NCBI GenBank assembly: GCA_045533905.1
Contig: JAZSIR010000022.1
Location: 36,498-100,497 of the forward strand
DNA length: 64,000 bases
Direction: 5' to 3'
Source of the DNA: Clostridia bacterium
GTDB taxonomy: Bacteria; Bacillota; Clostridia; UMGS1883; UMGS1540
The notes beneath the pieces were generated by a model. That model saw only the letters and a program-made list of their open reading frames with translations, had not been told where the DNA came from and searched no databases. Of the stretch, positions 1 through 10,391 are shown one piece after another (within the stretch, counting starts at the first letter, position 1; each line of letters opens with the position of its first letter). Position numbers and translations under genes: made by a program.

Positions 1-639
1 CTCGCCCACTTCGGCGAAGAAACGGTCAATCATCCCGTCAATCATCGCGGCATTGCCGAACACAACACCGGAGCGCATGCAGTCCGCCGTGTTTTTGCCG
101 ATGACGGAGCGCGGCGCCTCGAGACTTATCTGCGGGAGCTGTGCCGTGCCCGAGGAAAGCGCACGAAGACCCATATTGACACCGGGCGCAATGGAAACGC
201 CCGAAAATGTGCCCAGTTTATCCACATACATAATTTTCGTGGCGGTGCCCATATCCACAACGAGGGAGGGACTGCCGTATATATGATGCGCCGCAACGCA
301 TGCGCATATAAGGTCTGCACCCACCGTGGCGGGATTATCGCAATGAATGCCGATGCCGGTTTTGATGCCGGGGCCGACCAGAATCGGCTCCACCCCGTAC
401 ACAATGCGCACGGCTTTTTTAATGATGGAATTTAAGGGCGGCACTACGGAAGAAATGATGGCGCCGCGGATTTCCTTCTTCTCCACCTCATGAAGAGAAA
501 GAATACTGCGGATTTTCGTGGCATACTCATCCTCCGTTTTGGAAGGGTTTGTCGCAATGCGCGCCACAAACGAAAGCTCCTCGCCCGAAAAACCGCCGAG
601 AACAATATTGGTATTACCGATATCAATCGCTAAAATCAT
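1..639 (-). CDS. coaX: Type III pantothenate kinase (3' end truncated by window edge; absent from the ORF track)
   Basis: Manual translation from ATG at 639 (RBS AGGAG): MILAIDIGNTNIV..., VGADL, LVVDMGTAT motifs. Confidence 0.9.
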   Translation of the reverse strand, partial: MILAIDIGNTNIVLGGFSGEELSFVARIATNPSKTEDEYATKIRSILSLHEVEKKEIRGAIISSVVPPLNSIIKKAVRIVYGVEPILVGPGIKTGIGIHCDNPATVGADLICACVAAHHIYGSPSLVVDMGTATKIMYVDKLGTFSGVSIAPGVNMGLRALSSGTAQLPQISLEAPRSVIGKNTADCMRSGVVFGNAAMIDGMIDRFFAEVGE

Positions 640-769
640 GGCCGTTCTCCTTTGTTTTTTCCGTTTTTCTGCATAATAGTATACCACACGCGGGCAGAAT
701 ATGCAAGAAAAACAATATACAAAACGAAGATCCCGGAAACCGCTTCGTTTTAGCGAAAGGACGAAATAT

Positions 770-2473
770 ATGCAAAACAGACTCTCGGAAAGCAAAAGCC
801 CCTACCTTCTCGATCACGCGAGAAATCCCATCGACTGGTTCCCGTGGGGCACCGAAGCCTTTCTCCGCGCGATGGCGGAGGATAGACCGATTCTTTTGAG
901 CGTTGGTTTTTCCGCGTGCCACTGGTGCCACGTGATGGCGCGCGAAAGCTTTGAGGATGAAGAAACCGCCGATATAATAAACCGCCATTTTATCCCCGTG
1001 AAGGTGGACCGCGAGGAGCGGCCCGACGTGGATAAACTCTATATGCACGCGTGCGAAATGCTGACGGGTGGCGGCGGCTGGCCGCTGCACGTATTTTTAA
1101 CGCCCGCCGGCAAGCCCTTTTTCGCGGGCACCTATTTCCCGCCCGAGGATGCAGACGGGCATATGGGCTTTAAGACGCTTCTCCGGAATGCGGCGCGCGC
1201 ATGGGAGGAAAACAAGGCGGCACTTGTGGACTCCGCCTCAAAAATCACCGATATCCTTTGCCGCGAGGAGGAAGGGATGTATAAGGAGACCATCTCCCGC
1301 GATGCCGCAGACGAAGCGGCGGCCGCCCTTGCCGGCGCATTTGACACGGTGCACGGCGGCTTTGGCACGGCGCCCAAGTTCCCCTCGCCGCATACGGTCT
1401 TGTTTCTTCTCGCCTACGGGCGAAAATATGCAAACGCCGAAAGCCGGATGATGGCGGAAAAGACGCTCCAGAAAATCCGTGACGGCGGCCTTTGCGACCA
1501 TGTGGGCGGCGGCTACTTCCGCTATTCGACCGACCGCGCGTGGCACGTGCCGCACTATGAAAAAATGCTTTCGGATAACGCGCTTTTGGCTATCGCCTTT
1601 CTGGAGGCTGGCGGGCACTTTGTGGCGTACGCTGAGGAAATACTCGCCTTTTTGGAAGAAACGCTTTCGGATGCGGGCGGCGGCTATTATGCGGCCGTGA
1701 GCGCGGAAAGCGAAGCGGGCGAGGGTGCTTTTTATCTCTGGGACGCAGAAGAGGTGCGCGAGGTGCTCGGCAAGGAGGGCAAAGCCTTCTGCCGTGCCTT
1801 TCATATCACAGAGCGCTCTCTGCCGCGACGGGAGGATCCTTCGGGCGACTACCGTTCGCAGCTTTCGGCGCTGTATGCCGCGCGGCTTGCACGCCCGCAC
1901 CCGTTTATTGACCGCAAAATCCTGACGGGCCCGAACGCCCTTGCCGCCGTGGCCTTTGCGCGGGCGGGCGAGGCTACGGGAGAGTCGGCCTACACCGAGC
2001 GCGCCAAGAAAATCCTTGCCATGATTGACCGCACGCTCCGAAAGGAGGACGGGCGCCTCCTTGCCCGCTTCTTCGATGGCGAGGCCGGTATTTTAGCCTT
2101 TTTGGAGGATTATGCCTACCTTCTCTGGGCGCGCCTTTCTCTTTATGAGGCGACAGGCGAGGAAGCCTACCTTACGGGCGCAAAGGAAACGTGGGGCGAT
2201 ATTGCGCGCCTTTTCCTTTCCGAGCGCGGCGGCGCCTTTCAAAACGGGCGGGATGCCGAGCAGATGATTGCACCGCTTCTCGAAGCGGACGATGGTGCCA
2301 CCCCCGGCGCCAATGCCGTTTTAGCACTTTGCCTCCGAAAGCTGTATGCCATAACGGGCGACGTCGGCTACCGGACGGATATGGAAAAGATTTTCTTTGC
2401 CTTCGGCGGGCAGGTAAATACGTATCCTTCCGCGTTTTGCTTTCTTTTATACGCGAAGCTCCTGACGGAATAA
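770..2473 (+). CDS. YyaL/DUF255 thioredoxin-domain protein with six-hairpin glycosidase-like domain
   Basis: NRL...[49 protein letters not shown] motifs; ATG 770 after AAAGGA. Confidence 0.9.
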   Translation: MQNRLSESKSPYLLDHARNPIDWFPWGTEAFLRAMAEDRPILLSVGFSACHWCHVMARESFEDEETADIINRHFIPVKVDREERPDVDKLYMHACEMLTGGGGWPLHVFLTPAGKPFFAGTYFPPEDADGHMGFKTLLRNAARAWEENKAALVDSASKITDILCREEEGMYKETISRDAADEAAAALAGAFDTVHGGFGTAPKFPSPHTVLFLLAYGRKYANAESRMMAEKTLQKIRDGGLCDHVGGGYFRYSTDRAWHVPHYEKMLSDNALLAIAFLEAGGHFVAYAEEILAFLEETLSDAGGGYYAAVSAESEAGEGAFYLWDAEEVREVLGKEGKAFCRAFHITERSLPRREDPSGDYRSQLSALYAARLARPHPFIDRKILTGPNALAAVAFARAGEATGESAYTERAKKILAMIDRTLRKEDGRLLARFFDGEAGILAFLEDYAYLLWARLSLYEATGEEAYLTGAKETWGDIARLFLSERGGAFQNGRDAEQMIAPLLEADDGATPGANAVLALCLRKLYAITGDVGYRTDMEKIFFAFGGQVNTYPSAFCFLLYAKLLTE

Positions 2474-2488
2474 AAATGCGAAAAAGGC

Positions 2489-2517
2489 TTGACAAATAGT
2501 TTCTTTCGGAGTATACT
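2489..2517 (+). promoter_or_regulatory. Sigma-A promoter of the aro operon
   Basis: TTGACA(2489-2494)-17 bp-TATACT(2512-2517). Confidence 0.85.
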
Positions 2518-2553
2518 GAGTATATAAACATTCTAGGAAAGGGTCTTTGCAAA

Positions 2554-2637
2554 ATGGTCGCTATGATTTTTGCAATTGCATATTTCTTTTACTTTTACTT
2601 TACCAAGTTCGAAGTAAGGGATTTTTGTGTTGCATAA
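2554..2637 (+). CDS. Phe/Tyr-rich attenuator leader peptide (27 aa, MVAMIFAIAYFFYFYFTKFEVRDFCVA)
   Basis: RBS AGGAAAGGG upstream; seven consecutive Tyr/Phe codons; lies between the promoter and a terminator ahead of aroF. Confidence 0.8.
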   Translation: MVAMIFAIAYFFYFYFTKFEVRDFCVA

Positions 2638-2666
2638 AACTCGCGGGCCCCGAAAGCGGTACTTTC

Positions 2667-2700
2667 AAGGCTACACAGAATCCCCTCTGTGTAGCCTTTT
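2667..2700 (+). terminator. Attenuator terminator hairpin of the aro leader
   Basis: AAGGCTACACAGA-loop-TCTGTGTAGCCTT followed by T-rich tail; 5' arm and loop are complementary to 2618-2633. Confidence 0.85.
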
Positions 2701-2723
2701 ATATTTAGATTGGAGGAAATACC

Positions 2724-3722
2724 ATGATTGCGGTACTTAAAAAGAATACTTCCGAGGAACAAATTCAGCATCTTACCCATTGGCTCGAGGAGCAGGGCGT
2801 TGAGGTGCACGCCTCTTTTGGTGTGGACTATACGGTGCTGGGCCTTGTGGGCGACACGTCCTCAATTGACATAGACCTTCTTGAAAGCCTTGCGATTGTG
2901 GACACGGTCAAGCGCGTGTCCGACCCCTTCAAGCAGTGCAACCGCAAGTTCCACCCCGAGGACACGGTGGTGGACGTTGGCGGCATTAAAATCGGCGGCG
3001 GGCATTTTGCCATTATGGCCGGGCCGTGCTCGGTGGAATCGCGCGAGCAGATGATTACGGTGGCGCACGCCGTAAAGGCCGCCGGCGCCGGCATCCTTCG
3101 CGGCGGTGCTTTCAAGCCTCGCACCTCGCCGTACGACTTTCAGGGTCTTCGCGCGGATGGGATTGAATACCTTCTTGAAGCAAAGCGCGAAACCGGTATG
3201 CCCATCGTAACGGAAATTATGAGCGCAAACCATCTGCCGCTTTTTGAAGAGGTGGACCTCATTCAGGTAGGTGCGCGCAATATGCAAAACTTTGACCTAC
3301 TCAAAGAACTCGGCAAAACGAAAAAGCCGATTCTCCTAAAGCGCGGGCTTGCGAATACTTTGAAAGAATTTTTGATGAGTGCCGAATACATTTTAAGCGA
3401 GGGCAACGGGAACGTCATCCTTTGCGAGCGCGGCATTCGCACCTATGAAACGTACACGCGAAACACGATGGATATTTCCTCGATTCCGCTTCTCCATGAA
3501 CTTTCGCATCTTCCTATCATTGCCGACCCGAGCCACGCAACAGGCAAGGCGCGGCTGGTAGAGCCGATGGCGATGGCCGCCGCCGCCGCAGGGGCGGACG
3601 GGCTTATGATTGAAGTGCACGGCGACCCCGCGCACGCGCTTTGTGATGGCGCGCAGTCCCTCACGCCGACGCAATTTGCGGGCGTGGCGAAAAAGATTCA
3701 GAAAATTCGTGAGATTTTGTAA
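2724..3722 (+). CDS. aroF: DAHP synthase class I-beta with N-terminal regulatory domain
   Basis: AGPCSVES, RGGAFKPRTSPY, QVGARNMQNF, LKRG, CERGIRT, DPSH motifs. Confidence 0.95.
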   Translation: MIAVLKKNTSEEQIQHLTHWLEEQGVEVHASFGVDYTVLGLVGDTSSIDIDLLESLAIVDTVKRVSDPFKQCNRKFHPEDTVVDVGGIKIGGGHFAIMAGPCSVESREQMITVAHAVKAAGAGILRGGAFKPRTSPYDFQGLRADGIEYLLEAKRETGMPIVTEIMSANHLPLFEEVDLIQVGARNMQNFDLLKELGKTKKPILLKRGLANTLKEFLMSAEYILSEGNGNVILCERGIRTYETYTRNTMDISSIPLLHELSHLPIIADPSHATGKARLVEPMAMAAAAAGADGLMIEVHGDPAHALCDGAQSLTPTQFAGVAKKIQKIREIL

Positions 3723-3734
3723 GGAAGTGCTTTT

Positions 3735-4565
3735 ATGCAGGTTGGAATTTTAGGTCTCGGGCTTATCGGCGGCAGTGCGGCGCGCGCCTATAAAGAGGCA
3801 GGGCACACGGTTCTCGCTTTTGACCGCGACAAGGTGATTCTCGATTACGCCATTTTATGCGGCGCGGTGGATGCGCCCCTTCCGCCCGAGGACCTTTCGA
3901 AAGTAGATTTACTGCTTATTTGTCTCTACCCCAAAGCGGCGATAGAATACCTTCGCGAAAACGCCGCGCGCATCTCAAAAGATGCCGTAGTGATTGACTT
4001 TTGCGGCACAAAAAAAGGAATCTCGGAGGTAGGCTTTGCGCTTTCTAAAGAATACGGCTTTCTCTATGTGGGCGGCCACCCCATGGCAGGCACGCACCAC
4101 AGCGGCTTTAAATATAGTAGAAGCGATATGTTCTCGGGCGCGCCCATGGTGATTGTGCCGCCCACTCGTGACGATATAGCGCTTCTTTCACGTGTGCAGA
4201 AGCTTTTATCGCCGCTTTCGTTCGGTTCCTTTACCGTAACGGATGCCGAAGAACACGACAAGAGGATTGCTTTCACCTCCCAGCTTGCGCACATTGTTTC
4301 AAATGCGTATGTAAAATCGCCCGGTGCGGAAAACCACCGCGGTCTTTCCGCCGGAAGCTACCGCGATTTAACGCGCGTGGCGTGGCTCAATCCCGATATG
4401 TGGACGGAATTGTTCCTCGAAAACCGCGAGGCGCTCCTTTCGGAGCTTGACGGGCTACTTAAAAATCTCACAGAATACCGCGACGCTTTAAGAGACGAGG
4501 ACGGCGAGCGCCTATGGCAGCTACTCGAGGACGGACGCCGCCGAAAAGGAGAGATTGACGGATGA
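3735..4565 (+). CDS. tyrA: Prephenate dehydrogenase
   Basis: GLGLIGGS Rossmann motif, GGHPMAG, EEHD, SYRDLTRVA. Confidence 0.93.
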   Translation: MQVGILGLGLIGGSAARAYKEAGHTVLAFDRDKVILDYAILCGAVDAPLPPEDLSKVDLLLICLYPKAAIEYLRENAARISKDAVVIDFCGTKKGISEVGFALSKEYGFLYVGGHPMAGTHHSGFKYSRSDMFSGAPMVIVPPTRDDIALLSRVQKLLSPLSFGSFTVTDAEEHDKRIAFTSQLAHIVSNAYVKSPGAENHRGLSAGSYRDLTRVAWLNPDMWTELFLENREALLSELDGLLKNLTEYRDALRDEDGERLWQLLEDGRRRKGEIDG

Positions 4566-5626
4566 AAAAAATACACGTTGCCGCCGCAAAATCCTATGAT
4601 GTTATCCTCCAAAGCGGCTGTCTTAAAAATATAGGTAAGCACCTTGCGCCTTTTGCCAAAAACGGCTACGCCGCCATTATCACGGACAGCGTGGTGGATG
4701 CGCTTTATGGCGAAACCCTTTCGCGCTCGCTTTCAGAAAGCGGCGTGAAAACTGTAAAATTTGTATTTCCAAACGGCGAAAAATCAAAAAATGCCGATAC
4801 GTACCTTCGCGCGCTTTCCTTCCTTTCTGAAAACCACGTAACGCGCGATGACCTCATCATCGCCCTCGGCGGCGGTGTGGTAGGTGACCTTGCAGGCTTT
4901 ACGGCCGCGACATATTTACGCGGCATTGACTTTGTGCAGATTCCCACCACGCTCCTTGCGATGGTAGATTCCTCCGTCGGCGGCAAAACGGCGATAGATT
5001 TGCCCGAGGGCAAAAACCTCGTCGGCGCTTTTCATCAGCCGCGTGCCGTGTTCTGCGACCCCGAGGTACTCGATACACTTCCCGCCGATATTTTCAGAGA
5101 CGGCTCGGCGGAAGTGATTAAATACGGCGTACTTGGCGATGCCGCGCTTTTTTACCACCTCACGGAAAAAGGCCTCGATTTCGACCGCGACTATGTACTG
5201 GAGCGCTGTATAGCGCTTAAAAGCCGCATCGTGGAAAGCGATGAATTTGACAAGGGCACCCGAGCGCTTTTAAACCTTGGGCACACCGTGGGGCATGCCA
5301 TTGAAAAGGAAAGCAATTTCGCGCTTTCGCACGGCGTCGGCGTCGGCATCGGCATGGCGATGATTGCAAAAAGCGCCGCGGCAAACGGATTTTGCGAAAA
5401 AACGGTTTTTGAAGAAATTTGCGCGGTTTTAGAAAAATTTGGTCTTCCTACATCGACCGAAATGGAAAAGGGGCGCATTCTTTCGGCCATGCTTTCCGAT
5501 AAAAAACGCCGCGGCGATGCGATTACACTTGTTCTCCCCGAAAAAATCGGGAGTGCTGTGCTTTACGAGGCACCCATTTCGTCTCTTTCTGCCTTTCTTT
5601 TTGAAGGCGACAAGGAGGAAGTATGA
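4562..5626 (+). CDS. aroB: 3-dehydroquinate synthase
   Basis: GGGVVGDLAGF, PTTLLAMVDSSVGGKT, LNLGHT. Confidence 0.95.
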   Translation: MKKIHVAAAKSYDVILQSGCLKNIGKHLAPFAKNGYAAIITDSVVDALYGETLSRSLSESGVKTVKFVFPNGEKSKNADTYLRALSFLSENHVTRDDLIIALGGGVVGDLAGFTAATYLRGIDFVQIPTTLLAMVDSSVGGKTAIDLPEGKNLVGAFHQPRAVFCDPEVLDTLPADIFRDGSAEVIKYGVLGDAALFYHLTEKGLDFDRDYVLERCIALKSRIVESDEFDKGTRALLNLGHTVGHAIEKESNFALSHGVGVGIGMAMIAKSAAANGFCEKTVFEEICAVLEKFGLPTSTEMEKGRILSAMLSDKKRRGDAITLVLPEKIGSAVLYEAPISSLSAFLFEGDKEEV

Positions 5627-6891
5627 ATATTACCATCTCGCCGCGGCCCCTCCGTGGCAAAATCTCGGCGATTCCCTCAAAATCCGTAGCGCACCGCCTA
5701 CTCATCGCGGCGGCGCTGGCGAAAACGCCTGCAAAAATTTTGATACGTGACACAAACGAAGATATAGATGCCACGGCAAGGTGCCTTTTGGCGCTCGGCA
5801 CGCGTGCAGAGAAGGCGGCAGATGGCTTTACGCTTACGCCCACCTCGTCGTACGCTTCCGAAATCGACTGTGGCGAAAGCGGCTCCACCCTTCGCTTCCT
5901 TCTCCCCGTTTTGGGGGCATACGGAAGGGCGGTTCGCCTTCAGCTTCATGGGCGGCTTGGGGCAAGACCCCTTTCCCCCCTTTGGGAAGAGCTCGAGCGC
6001 CATGGAATGACGCTTCGAAAGGAAGATGAGAACACGCTTTTAGTCTTTGGAAAGCTCCAAAGCGGCGCGTATTCTCTTCCGGGGAACATTTCCTCGCAGT
6101 TTATAAGCGGCCTTCTTTTTGCCTTGCCGCTACTCTCTGGGGACAGTACGCTTTCGATTACTTCCCCCATCGAATCCGAAGGCTACATAAAAATGACCGA
6201 GGATGCCCTTAAAAAATGCGGCATTCGGTTTACTGCCCGAAATAATACCTATAAAATCCCCGGCGGGCAGGTGCCCGTGGTGGCGCAAAACGCGCCGCTC
6301 TCTGCTGAGGGGGACTGGTCAAACGCCGCGTTCTGGCTCTCGGCAGGTGCCTTTTCGGACGGCATTTCGGTAGACGGGCTCTCGCTTTCCTCTCTGCAAG
6401 GCGACCGCGAAATTGTATCGATTTTATCGCGTTTTGGCGCGGAGGTACGCGAGGAAGAAACCGGTATTCTCGTAAAGCGCGGCACAATGACAGGCCTTTC
6501 GCTTTCTGCGCGGCAGATTCCCGACCTTGTGCCGATTCTCTCGGTTTTAGCGGCCGGCGCGCACGGCAAAACGAAAATCTCAGGTGCCGAGCGGCTGAAA
6601 ATTAAGGAAAGTGACCGTCTTTTGGCGGTTTTTGAGATGCTTTCCGCACTTGGCGGCATTGTGGAAAGAACGGAAGACGGCCTTATCATCGAAGGCGGCG
6701 TGCCCCTTTTGGGCGGCACGGTGGATAGCTTTTCTGATCACCGCATTGCGATGAGCGCTGCCATTCTTTCGTCACTATGCCAAGGCCCCGTCACCATTTT
6801 GGGCGCGGAGGCCGTAAATAAATCGTATCCCGCCTTTTGGGAGGACTTTGCCGCCCTTGGCGGTCAGTTTGAAAGGAGCGAAATCCTTTGA
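5623..6891 (+). CDS. aroA: EPSP synthase
   Basis: PSKS.AHR, CGESGSTLRF, SSQFISGLL, KESDR, DHRIAM, KSYP.F. Confidence 0.95.
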   Translation: MNITISPRPLRGKISAIPSKSVAHRLLIAAALAKTPAKILIRDTNEDIDATARCLLALGTRAEKAADGFTLTPTSSYASEIDCGESGSTLRFLLPVLGAYGRAVRLQLHGRLGARPLSPLWEELERHGMTLRKEDENTLLVFGKLQSGAYSLPGNISSQFISGLLFALPLLSGDSTLSITSPIESEGYIKMTEDALKKCGIRFTARNNTYKIPGGQVPVVAQNAPLSAEGDWSNAAFWLSAGAFSDGISVDGLSLSSLQGDREIVSILSRFGAEVREEETGILVKRGTMTGLSLSARQIPDLVPILSVLAAGAHGKTKISGAERLKIKESDRLLAVFEMLSALGGIVERTEDGLIIEGGVPLLGGTVDSFSDHRIAMSAAILSSLCQGPVTILGAEAVNKSYPAFWEDFAALGGQFERSEIL

Positions 6892-7994
6892 GCAGTACGT
6901 TTGGAAAAAATATTCATATTTCTCTGGCGGGCGAATCCCACGGCGAGGCTCTCGGCGTGATTATGGACGGATTTCCCGCAGGCTTTCGTGTGGATATGGA
7001 AGCGCTTTCTGCCTTTTTGGCGCGGCGCGCACCCGGGCAAAACCGATTTTCCACGCCACGGCGCGAGGCAGATGCCCCTAAATTTTTATCAGGTCTACTG
7101 GGGGGTGTAACCACGGGTGCACCGATTTTAGCCATTATTGAAAACACAAACCAAAAAAGCGCGGACTATGCGGCACTCGCAGATATTCCGCGTCCGGGGC
7201 ATGCAGACTATACGGCGCATATAAAATACGGCGGCCACGCGGACGCGCGCGGCGGCGGGCATTTTTCCGGTCGCCTTACGGCACCCCTCGCGGTTGCCGG
7301 CGGCATTGCGCGGCAGATGCTTTCCGAAAAGGGCATTTTGGTTTTTGCACACATTCGCGCCATCGGCGGCGTATGGGGAGAGGCACCCGCGTATTCCCCA
7401 AGCGATATACCTGCCCTTTCGGCTGTCGCAGAGAAAGAGTTCCCTGCATTTGACGATGCCGCCGCACCTCGTATGGAGGCGGAAATGGATGCGGCACGCG
7501 AAGCGGGCGACTCTGTGGGCGGCATTATCGAGGTTTCTGTACTGGGACTTCCCGCGGGACTTGGTGCTCCGATGTTTGACCGCGTGGAAGGGCGTATTTC
7601 CGCGGCCGTTTGGGGCGTGCCGGCCGTTCGCGGCATTGAATTCGGGGAAGGCTTTGGCGCGGCGAATTTACGCGGCAGCGAGAATAACGACGCTTTCTAT
7701 TATGACGAGGACGGCGCAGTCCGCACCCGCACAAACCACGCCGGCGGGGTACTCGGCGGCATCTCAACGGGCGAGCCGCTCGTTTTCCGCGTAGGCATAA
7801 AGCCTACACCCTCGATTTTCAAAGAACAGGAAAGCATTTCTCTCTCTAAGAAAGAGGCGGCAACGCTTTCTACAAAGGGGCGGCATGACCCGTGTATCGT
7901 ACCGCGTGCAGTGCCGGCTTTAGAAGCCGCAACGTCTCTTGCCGTACTCGATTTACTGTTTGACCACGATATGCTTTGGAAAAAGGAGCGATAA
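6888..7994 (+). CDS. aroC: Chorismate synthase
   Basis: GESHG, PRPGHAD, GGGHFSGR, KPTPSI, GRHDPC; TTG start overlapping the aroA stop. Confidence 0.95.
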   Translation: MSSTFGKNIHISLAGESHGEALGVIMDGFPAGFRVDMEALSAFLARRAPGQNRFSTPRREADAPKFLSGLLGGVTTGAPILAIIENTNQKSADYAALADIPRPGHADYTAHIKYGGHADARGGGHFSGRLTAPLAVAGGIARQMLSEKGILVFAHIRAIGGVWGEAPAYSPSDIPALSAVAEKEFPAFDDAAAPRMEAEMDAAREAGDSVGGIIEVSVLGLPAGLGAPMFDRVEGRISAAVWGVPAVRGIEFGEGFGAANLRGSENNDAFYYDEDGAVRTRTNHAGGVLGGISTGEPLVFRVGIKPTPSIFKEQESISLSKKEAATLSTKGRHDPCIVPRAVPALEAATSLAVLDLLFDHDMLWKKER

Positions 7995-7997
7995 ACG

Positions 7998-9152
7998 ATG
8001 GAGAATCTCTTAAAAATATACCGCGATGAAATCAACCGCATCGATGATGAGATGGTACGTCTTTTCGGCGAGCGGATGGAGGTGGCAGGAAAGATTGCCG
8101 CCCACAAAAAGGAAAACGGGCTTCCCGTTCTCGATGCACGCCGCGAGCGTGAGAAAATGGCAGATGTACAAAAGAAAGCCGATCCGCGCTTTGCTTCGTA
8201 CACCACCTCTCTCTACTCGCTTCTCTTTTCTATGAGCCGCGCGTGGCAGGAAAAGCTGCTCGCGCCCGAAAGTGCGCTTCATAAAACGGTTTCGGAAGCG
8301 ATCGACGCGCACACAAACTGCGAATTTCCGCCGAGCGCGATGGTAGCTTGCCAGGGCGTGGACGGGGCATACTCCCAGATTGCCGCGGACCATATGTTCC
8401 AAAATGCGAATATTTTATATTTTGATACGTTTGACAAGGTCTTCTCTGCAATTGACAAGGGGCTTTGCACGTACGGCGTTTTGCCGATTGAAAACAGCAC
8501 GGCAGGCTCCGTAAACCGCGTGTATGACCTGATGCTCGAGCATAATTTCTACATTGTGAAAAGCACGCGCATTAAGGTGGACCATTGTCTTCTTACAAAA
8601 GAAGGCGTGGACATTTCGGAAATTCGCGAAATCTTCACGCACGAGCAGGCCATTCGCCAGTGTGGCGACTTTTTAGCCTCGCTCGGAAAAGATGTGAAAA
8701 TAACGCCGTGCGAAAATACGGCCATGGCGGCAAAGCTTGTGGCAGAGTCTACCCGCCGCGACGTGGCGGCGCTTTCCTCGTACCACTGTGCAAAGCTCTA
8801 TGGGCTTTACTGCCACAAGAGCGCCGTGCAAAATACGGAAAACAACTACACGCGCTTTATCTGCATTTCCAAAAAGCTTGAAATTTATCCGGGTGCGGAT
8901 AAAACGAGTATTATGATGGTGCTTCCGCACGAGCCGGGTGCGCTTTACAAGGTGCTCGGACGTCTTTACACCATCGGTCTAAACCTCATAAAGCTCGAAA
9001 GCCGCCCTATGCCAAACCGTAATTTCGAGTTTATGTTCTACTTTGATTTAGAAACAAGTGTGTATTCTGAGGCGTTTGTGGAGCTTTTATGCGAGCTTGA
9101 GAATTCGGGCGAAGAGTTCCGCTACCTCGGCAGCTACACGGAAACGGTGTAA
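7998..9152 (+). CDS. pheA: Chorismate mutase / prephenate dehydratase (P-protein) with ACT domain
   Basis: N-terminal R.EI..ID...LF.ERM mutase domain, PIENSTAG, NYTRF, KLESRP. Confidence 0.92.
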   Translation: MENLLKIYRDEINRIDDEMVRLFGERMEVAGKIAAHKKENGLPVLDARREREKMADVQKKADPRFASYTTSLYSLLFSMSRAWQEKLLAPESALHKTVSEAIDAHTNCEFPPSAMVACQGVDGAYSQIAADHMFQNANILYFDTFDKVFSAIDKGLCTYGVLPIENSTAGSVNRVYDLMLEHNFYIVKSTRIKVDHCLLTKEGVDISEIREIFTHEQAIRQCGDFLASLGKDVKITPCENTAMAAKLVAESTRRDVAALSSYHCAKLYGLYCHKSAVQNTENNYTRFICISKKLEIYPGADKTSIMMVLPHEPGALYKVLGRLYTIGLNLIKLESRPMPNRNFEFMFYFDLETSVYSEAFVELLCELENSGEEFRYLGSYTETV

Positions 9153-9155
9153 GTT

Positions 9156-10391
9156 ATGAAAAAATGCGGACTTTTGGGAGAAACCCTCTCCCACAGTTTT
9201 TCGCCCCGGTTGCACGCCCACTTCGGCACGTATTCTTACGAGCTTTTTGAAGTGGCGCCGTGCGCGCTCACGTCCTTTCTTATGACGCGTGATTTTGACG
9301 GATTGAACGTAACGATTCCGTACAAAAAAGCGGTGCTTCCGCACCTTGACGAGCTTTCGCCCATCGCGGCGCGGCTTGGAAGCGTGAACACCATCCTTCG
9401 CCGCGAAGACGGCACGCTCTGGGGGCATAATACGGACTATTTCGGCTTTTCGTATATGCTTTCGAAAAGCGGCATTTCCGTGGAAGGGAAAAAGGCACTC
9501 GTACTGGGAAGCGGCGGTGCATCTGCTACCGTGTGCGCGGTGCTTTCTGACGCGGGCGCGCGCGAGGTGTGCGTAATTTCAAGAAGCGGGGAAAACACAT
9601 ACGAAACGCTTTCCCGCCACTATGATGCGGAAATTATCGTAAACACCACACCCGTCGGTATGTACCCGCACGTGGGCGAGGCGCCCATCTCTCTCGCTCC
9701 TTTCAAAACCTGTGCGCTCGTTTTGGACATTATTTATAACCCTTCGAAAACGGCGCTACTTCTCGAAGCGGAAAGCCTCGGCATCCCGCACCTTGGGGGG
9801 CTTTCCATGCTCGTCGCGCAAGGGGCGGAAAGTGCAGGATATTTTGGCGGCGCGCCCATCTCCGATGCAGTTTTGGAAGAAACGATACGTAAGATAGAAA
9901 AATCGCAGAAAAATCTCATTCTTATCGGGATGCCGGGGGCAGGCAAAACGACCATTGGCAAAAAACTTGCCGCGCGAATGGAGCGAAAATTTATAGATGC
10001 GGATGATGCCGTGCGAGAGCGCGCAGGCATGTCTATCCCCGAAATTTTTGAAAAAGAAGGCGAAGCCGGTTTTCGAAAACGCGAGACCGAGGTTTTATCC
10101 GCACTCGGGAAAGAGAGCGGCCTTGTAATTGCCACGGGCGGCGGGGCCGTTGTGCGCGAAGAAAACTATGCGCATCTCCACCAAAACGGCGTATTCGTTT
10201 ATCTTCGCCGTGCGCTCGAAAACCTCCCGAAAAAAGGGAGGCCCCTATCGCTTTCGGGAAACCTCCCAAAAATGTATGCCGAGCGCGCGCCGCTGTATGC
10301 GCGCTTTGCCGATGCCGAGGTGGAAAATGAGGGGACACTTTCAGAAGTTATAGAAAGGGTGGTAAAAGCGTATGAAAATTCTTGTAATTAA
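9156..10391 (+). CDS. aroE: Shikimate dehydrogenase-shikimate kinase fusion (AroE-AroK)
   Basis: HSFSP, NVTIPYK, NTD, GSGGA, NTTPVGM, then GMPGAGKTT P-loop, FRKRE, ATGGG, RPL. Confidence 0.9.
   Translation: MKKCGLLGETLSHSFSPRLHAHFGTYSYELFEVAPCALTSFLMTRDFDGLNVTIPYKKAVLPHLDELSPIAARLGSVNTILRREDGTLWGHNTDYFGFSYMLSKSGISVEGKKALVLGSGGASATVCAVLSDAGAREVCVISRSGENTYETLSRHYDAEIIVNTTPVGMYPHVGEAPISLAPFKTCALVLDIIYNPSKTALLLEAESLGIPHLGGLSMLVAQGAESAGYFGGAPISDAVLEETIRKIEKSQKNLILIGMPGAGKTTIGKKLAARMERKFIDADDAVRERAGMSIPEIFEKEGEAGFRKRETEVLSALGKESGLVIATGGGAVVREENYAHLHQNGVFVYLRRALENLPKKGRPLSLSGNLPKMYAERAPLYARFADAEVENEGTLSEVIERVVKAYENSCN

Noticed and set aside
444-899. Short ORFs 444-626 and 549-899, and the 701 start for the DUF255 gene
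   Set aside because: The real gene here is coaX in another frame from 639. Homology and the RBS support 770 as the start of the DUF255 gene.
2520-2720. T-box riboswitch ahead of aroF
   Set aside because: No GGTGGNACCGCG T-box motif or recognisable stem I; the leader-peptide model explains the sequence better.
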